Source of the DNA: Acidimicrobiia bacterium
GTDB taxonomy: Bacteria; Actinomycetota; Acidimicrobiia; IMCC26256; PALSA-555
Reading direction: 5' to 3'
Assembly: GCA_035468285.1 (NCBI GenBank)
Contig: DATISY010000007.1
Location: forward strand, 19,826 to 83,825
Length of the DNA stretch: 64,000 nt
The notes under the pieces were generated by a model that saw only the letters and a program-made list of their open reading frames with translations, was not told the origin of the DNA and ran no database searches. The translations under genes and the position numbers were made by a program. Positions 57,927 through 64,000 of the stretch are shown here, piece by piece; position 1 is the stretch's first letter; each line of letters begins with the position of its first letter.

Positions 57927-58757
57927 GTGAGACGCGCGCCTAGCATCTCGCGCCGGGCCCGACGAGAGGGGAAGGCAACGCCCGCGGACGGGGACACGGA
58001 CCGCGACGCCGTCCCGACGCTGCTCGCGGGCCGAGTCGTGCTGGTGACCGGCGCCGCCTACGGCCTCGGACGGGATCTCGCGCTCGGCCTGTCCGCCTCC
58101 GGCGCCGCGGTGGGCCTCGTCGACGACGCGGCGACCGGGCCGGTCGCGGCGAGGATCACCGAGTCCGGCGGCGAGGCCGTCGCCGTCGACGCGCCCGTTC
58201 AGTCCCGCGCCGACGCGGCGGACGCGTTCGAGACGGTGGCCGGCGCGCTTGGCCCGCTCAACGCAGTCGTCCACGCGTCGCTCGACCTCGATGCGATGAT
58301 CCCGGCCCCGGTTGTTGGGCTAGCGGACTCGGAGTGGGACACGCGCTGCGAGGCGCCGCTCCGCCGCGCGCTGGCATGCACCCAGGCGGCGTTCACGCAC
58401 CTGCGCCCCCACGGGGGCCGGCTCGTGTTCATCACTCCGACGGTTGCGCTCACCGGCGCCGCGCGACTGGTGCCGTGCACGACGGCTTTGGAGGGAATCC
58501 GAGGGCTCGCCAAGTCCGCGGCACGGCAGTGGGGCCAGCACGGCATCACCGTGAACTGCGTCGCGCCACCGCTCGAGCTGCTGGCCGCGGACGGGCGCGA
58601 CGCGCCGGAGCCCACGGTGGGTGGCGCCGCGCTTGGTCGCGGGCCCGACGGACGCCGCGACGTGGCACCGGTCGTCGCCTGGCTCGCCAGCCCGTCCGCC
58701 GGCTTCGTGACCGGGTTAACCGTCACGGTCGACGGTGGGATCGTGATGGCCCCATGA
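57927..58757 (+). CDS. SDR-like protein lacking the catalytic Tyr and Lys (probable non-catalytic subunit)
   Basis: It has a Rossmann [11 protein letters not shown] motif. However, the position aligned to YxxxK of the two neighbouring SDRs reads CTTAL ([21 protein letters not shown] against AYGIVKAALRGFAKSLAREWA). The start is uncertain (GTG 57927 or GTG 58038). Confidence 0.65.
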   Translation: MRRAPSISRRARREGKATPADGDTDRDAVPTLLAGRVVLVTGAAYGLGRDLALGLSASGAAVGLVDDAATGPVAARITESGGEAVAVDAPVQSRADAADAFETVAGALGPLNAVVHASLDLDAMIPAPVVGLADSEWDTRCEAPLRRALACTQAAFTHLRPHGGRLVFITPTVALTGAARLVPCTTALEGIRGLAKSAARQWGQHGITVNCVAPPLELLAADGRDAPEPTVGGAALGRGPDGRRDVAPVVAWLASPSAGFVTGLTVTVDGGIVMAP

Positions 58758-59515
58758 GCGGTCTTCTCACCGGGCGGGGCGTGCTCGTCACCGGCGCCGG
58801 CCGCGGGGTCGGGCGGGGAGTCGCGCTCGCCTGCTCCGCCGCGGGGGCTGACGTCGTCGTTGCGTCCCCCCGGGAGAACGGCGCCGACACCGTCGCCGAG
58901 ATCATTGACCGGGGCGGCACGGCGACCTGGGCGCGCTGCGACGTCACGAGCGCCGAGGACGTCGTGGCCGCGGTGGCCACCGCGGCCGGTCGTTGCGGTC
59001 TGCACGCCGTCATTCACAACGCCACCAGCCGCCGGTCGAGTGAGCCAGCGCAGGTCGAGGACATCGACGCGGAGCTCTGGGAGGACCACGCCGGCGTGTC
59101 GCTGCGCGGAGCGCTGCACTGCGCCCAGGCTGCCCTCCCGGAACTACGCGTGCGTGGGGGACGGTTCAGCGTGATGACGTCACCGGCCGGGATGGAAGGC
59201 AGTGCCATGCTCCCGGCCTACGGGATCGTCAAGGCGGCGTTGCGCGGGTTCGCCAAGAGCCTCGCTCGCGAATGGGCCCACGACGGGGTAACCGTCACCG
59301 TGGTGTCACCGCTCGCCGAGACGCCCGCGATGACGAACGCTTACCGCGAGGATCCAGCGCTGCAGGGCCGCCTGGCCCGTCGGGTCCCCCTTGGGTATCT
59401 CGGGGACCCCGAGGCCGACATCGGTCCCGTCCTCGTGTTCCTCGCCAGCGACGCCGCCCGGTACGTCACGGGGCAGACCCTTCCGGTCGACGGCGGCCGC
59501 TTCATGACGCTCTGA
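58754..59515 (+). CDS. SDR-family oxidoreductase (classical)
   Basis: VLVTGAGRGVG, IHNAT, S...YGIVK and VVSP. The ATGA junction overlaps the preceding SDR-like gene. Confidence 0.85.
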   Translation: MSGLLTGRGVLVTGAGRGVGRGVALACSAAGADVVVASPRENGADTVAEIIDRGGTATWARCDVTSAEDVVAAVATAAGRCGLHAVIHNATSRRSSEPAQVEDIDAELWEDHAGVSLRGALHCAQAALPELRVRGGRFSVMTSPAGMEGSAMLPAYGIVKAALRGFAKSLAREWAHDGVTVTVVSPLAETPAMTNAYREDPALQGRLARRVPLGYLGDPEADIGPVLVFLASDAARYVTGQTLPVDGGRFMTL

Positions 59516-59791
59516 TCACCGGCAGCACCGCCCAGGCGCGGGCTCGCACGTCGCCGCCGCACCAACCGAACAATGGTGCGCATGTTGCATCCCAAACTGA
59601 CCCACCACGCCGCGTTGCTGGAAGTGGCAAGGTGGAATAATGGGCGGTGGCCACGGTTCAGACGGGCGATCCGCGCTCGATCCTGGCCGACCCCGCCGGC
59701 GACGAGACACGGCTCGCACGACGCGGCGTCGGGCAGCGCCCCAACCCGCCCATCGCCATGTCGCACTGCCTCGCGGCACCCGGAGCTCAGC

Positions 59792-60763
59792 ATGACCGCC
59801 CCGTTCGCGCCCGGCTCCGTCTCCCTTCGCCTCTATCCCCACAACAACCTTCCGGCGCCCGAGCTCGTCACTGAGCTGCGCGTGCAGGCCGCCCTCGCGG
59901 CTGACCACGGCTTCGACGGCGTCATGACGAGCGAGCACCACGGTGGCTTCGCCGGCTACCTCCCCAACCCGCTCCAGGTGGCCGGCTGGTGCCTCGACGC
60001 GATGCCGTCGGGGTGGGCCGCGCCGTGCCCGCTCCTGCTACCGCTGCGACCCGCCGCGCTCGTCGCGGAGGAAGTCGCCTGGCTCGCGGCGCGGTTCCCG
60101 GACCGGGTCGGCGTCGGGTTCGCCGCCGGCGCGCTCCCCACCGATTTCTCGATCATGGACGTGCCGATGGAGCACCTCGCGGACCGGTTCACGGTCGGGC
60201 TCGAGCGTCTCGTCGGTTTCCTGCACGGCGGCGCGCCCGACGCGCTCGCCGAGGACCCGGCGATCGCGGCGTGTGTCGAAGCTCCGATACCGATCGTCAG
60301 CGCAGCGATGGGATTCACCGCGGTGCGCCGTGCCGCACGCCTCGGCATCGGGTTGCTCTTCGATTCGCTTTCGACACCGCCGCGGTGTCGCGAGCTCACG
60401 GACGCGTACCGCGACGCGGGGGGATCGGGTCCCTGCATCCTGATCCGTCGCGCTTGGCTCGGCGAGGCTCCCCGGGGTCAGGTCGACGAGCAGCTCGACC
60501 GGTACCGGAGCTACACGCCGCGGGGAGCCCAAGCCCACTGGGGCGACGACGAGCTCGCGGGAGCGACCGACGCCGGCGCGGTCGCGGAGCAACTGGCCGA
60601 CGCCGTACAGCTGGCAGGCACCGACTCGTTGAACGTCCGAGTCCACGTCCCGGGCGTGTCCAAAGACGCGGCGCGCGCCCAGATCGCGGGCTTGGGCGAC
60701 CAGGTCGTCCCGAAGGTCAAGGCTGCGCTGCAGGCCAGCGGGCCCGGCACGGCGCGCACATGA
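59792..60763 (+). CDS. LLM-class (luciferase-like) flavin/F420-dependent oxidoreductase
   Basis: FDGVMTSEHHGGFAGYLPNPLQ is typical of the luciferase-like family. The same frame stays open upstream to 59573, but with poor codon bias. Confidence 0.75.
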   Translation: MTAPFAPGSVSLRLYPHNNLPAPELVTELRVQAALAADHGFDGVMTSEHHGGFAGYLPNPLQVAGWCLDAMPSGWAAPCPLLLPLRPAALVAEEVAWLAARFPDRVGVGFAAGALPTDFSIMDVPMEHLADRFTVGLERLVGFLHGGAPDALAEDPAIAACVEAPIPIVSAAMGFTAVRRAARLGIGLLFDSLSTPPRCRELTDAYRDAGGSGPCILIRRAWLGEAPRGQVDEQLDRYRSYTPRGAQAHWGDDELAGATDAGAVAEQLADAVQLAGTDSLNVRVHVPGVSKDAARAQIAGLGDQVVPKVKAALQASGPGTART

Positions 60764-60799
60764 TGTCCGGCGGGCGGCTCTACCGCTTCGATAGGCCGA

Positions 60800-61039
60800 A
60801 GGGCACGTGACCGGCCGTTCCGACGGGCCGGCGTCGGCTTCCGCTGCGACAAACGGGTGCGCCATGGGGTGGCAGATCGCGACGGTGGCACCGAAGCGGG
60901 CCAGGAGGCCCGCGGTGGCCGTCCTGGTCCCCGATCCGGCCCCGGTGACGAGCGCCGCCCCCCGGGTGCGCTCGACTGACGACGGCCCATGCGGCACGGA
61001 GGCAGGGTGACATACCCGTCCGGGACCCGGGCCCGTCAC
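60800..61039 (-). pseudogene. Possible remnant of an SDR gene N-terminus
   Basis: The minus-frame translation RGAALVTGAGSGTRTATAGLLARFGATVAICH looks like a TGxxxGxG Rossmann start. After that the frame runs into the antisense of the LLM gene with no further SDR motifs. Confidence 0.25.
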
Positions 61040-61051
61040 CCGGCGGGCGGG

Positions 61052-61255
61052 TCACTCGTCGACGAGCAGCAAGGCGAGCTTGGGGCAGTTCTGCACGGCG
61101 CGGCGGGCGTGCTTCATGAGCGCGTGGGGGATCGGCTCCGAGTCGATGATCGGGTAGCCCCAGTCGTCGAGGCGCACCCGCTCCGGGAACAGCTCCGCGC
61201 AGACGCCGTGGGCGTCACACGCGATCGGATTCACGATCAAACGCACCTGCTTCAT
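61052..61255 (-). CDS. Small single-cluster ferredoxin
   Basis: IACDAHGVCAELFPE...AVQNCPKLAL shows the CxxxGxC...CP pattern of 3Fe-4S/4Fe-4S actinobacterial ferredoxins. ATGA overlap with the upstream gene. Confidence 0.7.
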   Translation of the reverse strand: MKQVRLIVNPIACDAHGVCAELFPERVRLDDWGYPIIDSEPIPHALMKHARRAVQNCPKLALLLVDE

Positions 61256-62568
61256 TGCCAGCTCCCGTCCGAGACCGGGATCGGCAGCACCGGCGGGGCG
61301 GCCGCGCGGCACCGTCCGTCGCGGTCGTGGCGGGCGACCTCGTCCCCGAAGACGTCGAGCGCCGTGGCCACGAACCGGACGACCCCGTCGGGGTAATGGC
61401 AGGCCCCGCGGCCTCGGACATCACCGAACCAGCCGTGCAGCCGGTCCAGCGTGTCGGGAGCGTGCGTGCCCGCCGCCACGGCGCCCAGCGCGTCGGCGAT
61501 GTCTCGCAGCCCGTAGAGGCACGGACCGCACTGGCCGGCTGACTCGTCCGCGAGGTACCGGGCGATTCGCGCCGAGGCGATGAGCCCGCAGTGACCCTCG
61601 GGAAAGGCGTGCACGACACCGGTGCCCAGGGCAGCGCCGCGGGCACGCAGCGCGGCGTTCGTCAACGGCAGGTCCCAGGCGTCGGCCGCGCTGAGCCAGC
61701 TCCCGTAGTAGCCACCGACGAGGAACGCCGCGATCGGCTGGGTCGGGCCACCGGCCGCCGCGACGACGTCGCGGACCGGTGTGCCGAGCGAGATCTCACA
61801 GACCGTGGGCGTGGCCACGACCCCGCTCACCGTGACGAGCGTCGAGCCGGCCTCGTCGGCGGTGCCCAGCTCGCGGAACCAGTCCGCGCCGTACCGGGCG
61901 ATCATGGCCAGATGCGCGAGGGTCTCGACGTTCTGGATCAGCGTCGGGCGTCCGGCGACCCCGCGTTCGAAGGGGCGGGGTGGGACGAAGGTCGGCTTGG
62001 CGAGCCCGCCGTTCACGAAGCTCACCAGCGCGGTCTCCTCACCGGCGACGTACCGGGTCGGCAGCGACACGAGCCGGATCGGGACCGGATCCGGGCGTGA
62101 CGCGACCCGTGCCGCGATCGCGTCGGTCATGGCCCGCCGGGCGCCCGGCGCGCCCCGGTCGACGGTGACGATGACCTCGTCGGCGCCGACACCCTCCGCC
62201 GCGAGGACAGCACCGTCGAGGACGAGGTGCGGCAGAGAGGTCATGAGCAACCGGTCCTTGGCGCTCAGCGCTTCGCCCTCGGCGCCGTTCCCCACGACGA
62301 CGGGCCGGCGCCGGTGTCGAGTCACCGCGTGCATCTTGCGGGCCGTCGGAAACGCGGCCCCGCCCCGGCCGCGCAGGCCAGCTGCCTCGACGACGCCGAT
62401 CAGGTGCCGTCCCCGCCGGCCGGTGCCGGGCGCGGGCGGGGGCCCGTGCCGGTCGAGGTGCTCCGAGAGGCGCATCGGCGTGTCCGGCCGGTAGCCGTTG
62501 AGCAGCCGAGGAAGGCCCGCCGGGCCCACAGCCGAGGAGGAGCGACGCCGCTCGGGGGGACGGATCAT
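61252..62568 (-). CDS. NuoF-like (complex I 51-kDa subunit family) flavoprotein
   Basis: GLRGRGGAAFPTARK matches the NADH/FMN-site motif GLRGRGGAGFPTG, followed by an SLBB-like region and an Fe-S region ESAGQCGPC...GACH. A GGAGGA ribosome-binding site lies upstream of ATG 62568. Confidence 0.8.
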   Translation of the reverse strand: MIRPPERRRSSSAVGPAGLPRLLNGYRPDTPMRLSEHLDRHGPPPAPGTGRRGRHLIGVVEAAGLRGRGGAAFPTARKMHAVTRHRRRPVVVGNGAEGEALSAKDRLLMTSLPHLVLDGAVLAAEGVGADEVIVTVDRGAPGARRAMTDAIAARVASRPDPVPIRLVSLPTRYVAGEETALVSFVNGGLAKPTFVPPRPFERGVAGRPTLIQNVETLAHLAMIARYGADWFRELGTADEAGSTLVTVSGVVATPTVCEISLGTPVRDVVAAAGGPTQPIAAFLVGGYYGSWLSAADAWDLPLTNAALRARGAALGTGVVHAFPEGHCGLIASARIARYLADESAGQCGPCLYGLRDIADALGAVAAGTHAPDTLDRLHGWFGDVRGRGACHYPDGVVRFVATALDVFGDEVARHDRDGRCRAAAPPVLPIPVSDGSWQ

Positions 62569-63677
62569 TCCTCCCCGCTCAGCGGCTGCGCCGCGACGGT
62601 TCCCGTGACGCGATCGCCGGAAGCGGCGACCTGGAGCGCGACCGTGACTTCCATCGAGGGCCGGCCCGCGGCGCGCAACGGAGCGACGAGTCGCGTTCCC
62701 CGCAGGCTGGTGACCGTGCCCCGATAGACAGACGGCTGCCCAACCGGGCCGAGCCCCACCTGGCTGCTCGCGAGGAGCACGCCGCCGCCACTGACCGGCT
62801 GTCCGGTGAGGACGATGACCAGCGTCCCGGACGCGCCACCGCCGAGCGAGGCATCGATGCGGATGGTGATCTCTCCCGCGGCGTTGGGGACCGACTGCGC
62901 GAGCGACCCACTCAAGGTCGCGTTGAAAGGAGCGGAGGGCACCGAGGCTGGTGCGGCGGGTGCCGGCTGGGTCGACGGCGACGAGGTCGCGCCGACTTTG
63001 GCGAGGACGCTGGCGGGGGTCCCGGCGTTGCGCGCCCACCCTGTGGCAAGCGGACCGGAGGGCAGCCATGCCACGAGGACGACGGGTGCGACAACGCTGG
63101 CGAGCCCGGCCGCGACCCGGGTGCCGGTGTGCTCACGCCAGCCGACCGCCAGGCGCCACCACAGGGCGATGAGCACGGCTGCGACGCACATCACCGTGAG
63201 GACGAGCACGAACCCGACCTTCGTGTCGCTGCCCGTCGCGAGACCGTGCACGACCACCAGGGGCCAGCACAGGTACGCGAACCAGTGCAACGCCCGCCAG
63301 GTCCGGTGCCCGATCCGATCGCGCACGAGGCTGGTGACCACGATCACCCCGAGGAGGTCGAACGCGATCGCGCCCAGTCCGAGCCACACCGGTCGGTACG
63401 GGGACAAGAAGGGGATCACCGCGTCGAGCCAGCCGATGGGCGCGAACGCGTCGATGACGACAGCGGCGACGTGGATGACGACGAGGCCCAACGCGATCAG
63501 GGAGGCGTTGCGGTGAAGGAGCTCGACCACGAAGCGCGGCCACCGGGGATTCGTCCACCGCACCGACATCACCAGACCGAGCACCATGCCGAGGGTCAAC
63601 ACGACCAATGCCGCGAGGCCGCTCCCCCGGGCGAGATACCAGAGGACCGTGGGACCGGTCGCGGCGACCACGATCAT
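62565..63677 (-). CDS. Ferric-reductase-like transmembrane protein (bis-haem b type) with a C-terminal Ser/Pro linker and a beta-rich domain
   Basis: Six TM helices. His pairs are spaced 14 residues (LLHRN...VIHVA) and 13 residues (ALHWF...VVVHG). ATGA overlaps on both sides. Confidence 0.75.
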   Translation of the reverse strand: MIVVAATGPTVLWYLARGSGLAALVVLTLGMVLGLVMSVRWTNPRWPRFVVELLHRNASLIALGLVVIHVAAVVIDAFAPIGWLDAVIPFLSPYRPVWLGLGAIAFDLLGVIVVTSLVRDRIGHRTWRALHWFAYLCWPLVVVHGLATGSDTKVGFVLVLTVMCVAAVLIALWWRLAVGWREHTGTRVAAGLASVVAPVVLVAWLPSGPLATGWARNAGTPASVLAKVGATSSPSTQPAPAAPASVPSAPFNATLSGSLAQSVPNAAGEITIRIDASLGGGASGTLVIVLTGQPVSGGGVLLASSQVGLGPVGQPSVYRGTVTSLRGTRLVAPLRAAGRPSMEVTVALQVAASGDRVTGTVAAQPLSGEE

Positions 63678-64000
63678 TGGATCGGTTCGGGCCAGTCGCC
63701 GACCCGCTCGACGGTGCCGTCCGGGCGGACCAGCCGAGCGGCCAACCCGAGTCCAGTGAGCCAGTCGAGCGCCGATTTGCCCCGTACGATCGCAGCCGTC
63801 GTCGCGATGTTCGCGTCGACACAGGTGCCCGCGACAGCGCTCACCGTCCTCCAGACCGCGGGCGCGGCCTGACTCGTTGTCGGGTCGACGATGTGATGGA
63901 CGGTCTCGTCGCCGCGCTGCCAACGGCGCACCGCGGTGCTCGAGGTCGCGAGACCGCCGGCGCGTATCGCGATCGTCTCGCCGGGCGCATCCGGTCCTGC
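63674..64000 (-). CDS. apbE: FAD:protein FMN transferase (ApbE family), C-terminal part (5' end lies beyond the window)
   Basis: ...HHIVDPTTSQAA...VSAVAGTCVDANIATTA matches the ApbE C-terminal H(H/I)IDPxTG...C..AD..AT motifs. The frame is open to nt 64000. Confidence 0.75.
   Translation of the reverse strand, partial: AGPDAPGETIAIRAGGLATSSTAVRRWQRGDETVHHIVDPTTSQAAPAVWRTVSAVAGTCVDANIATTAAIVRGKSALDWLTGLGLAARLVRPDGTVERVGDWPEPIQ

Noticed and set aside
59573-59791. A 73-aa N-terminal extension of the LLM oxidoreductase (same frame open from 59573).
   Set aside because: Codon bias is poor and composition is odd (MVRMLHPKLTHHAALLEVARWNNGRW...). The family-typical N-terminus starts at ATG 59792, so this region is treated as a leader.
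60780-61055. Short ORFs in the LLM-ferredoxin gap (60780..61055 minus, 60807..61010 plus).
   Set aside because: Their composition is Arg/Pro/Gly-rich with no motifs. The only meaningful signal in the gap is the SDR-like Rossmann remnant, reported separately as a low-confidence pseudogene.
62565-63150. FMN-binding (flavinylation acceptor) domain in the C-terminal part of the ferric-reductase-like protein.
   Set aside because: I looked for the Dxx(S/T)GA(T/S) flavinylation motif and found only GGASGT, which does not fit. The acceptor for ApbE therefore cannot be claimed from this window.
1-64000. Mobile elements, prophage, defence islands, CRISPR arrays, and tRNA or rRNA genes.
   Set aside because: There are no integrase, transposase, recombinase, Cas, restriction or toxin-like signatures, and no long inverted or direct repeats. 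Intergenic gaps are too short and lack tRNA-like or rRNA-like sequence. GC content and codon usage look uniform apart from short promoter-like patches.

Overview
This is a very GC-rich window (third codon positions are almost all G/C), and gene content and order look like a chromosomal core region of an Actinomycetota genome. The phylum call is inference. About 70 protein genes are supported, and most are housekeeping.

Main gene blocks:
- 502-9616: a long, translationally coupled plus-strand chain of acpS, nnr, a CBS protein, alr, an alpha/beta hydrolase, a DmpA-like peptidase, a family-4 UDG, tsaE, tsaB, rimI and tsaD. It is followed by a CIRCE-controlled groES with no groEL.
- Purine genes: a guaB3-like gene with guaA, and purN-purH-folD.
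- Central metabolism: class I aldolase, sucCD, icd and mdh.
- Others: dtd, pcrA, a glpD / FAD-oxidase / FGGY-kinase operon, two acyl-CoA synthetases and a GAF-GGDEF cyclase.
- An accessory-looking right-hand third with DUF421 paralogs, SDRs, LLM oxidoreductases, DinB and a GT-C membrane protein.

I found no rRNA, tRNA, CRISPR array, transposase, integrase or recognisable defence genes. Many long Arg/Pro/Gly-rich ORFs in the track are antisense or off-frame artefacts of the high GC content.

Candidates worth follow-up:
1. 61052-64000 (minus strand, cut by the window end): an ATGA-coupled operon of ApbE, a bis-haem ferric-reductase-like membrane protein, a NuoF-like flavoprotein and a ferredoxin. 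It is possibly an NAD(P)H-driven transmembrane electron-transfer module.
2. 30914-34064: an operon of an alpha/beta hydrolase, a TerB-like/SpoVK-CbbX AAA+ ATPase and PspA.
3. 28383-29207: an orphan C-terminal J-domain protein between icd and mdh.
4. 57927-59515: a coupled SDR pair in which one partner has lost the catalytic Tyr and Lys.

All functional calls come from motif recognition by eye. None has been checked against a database.
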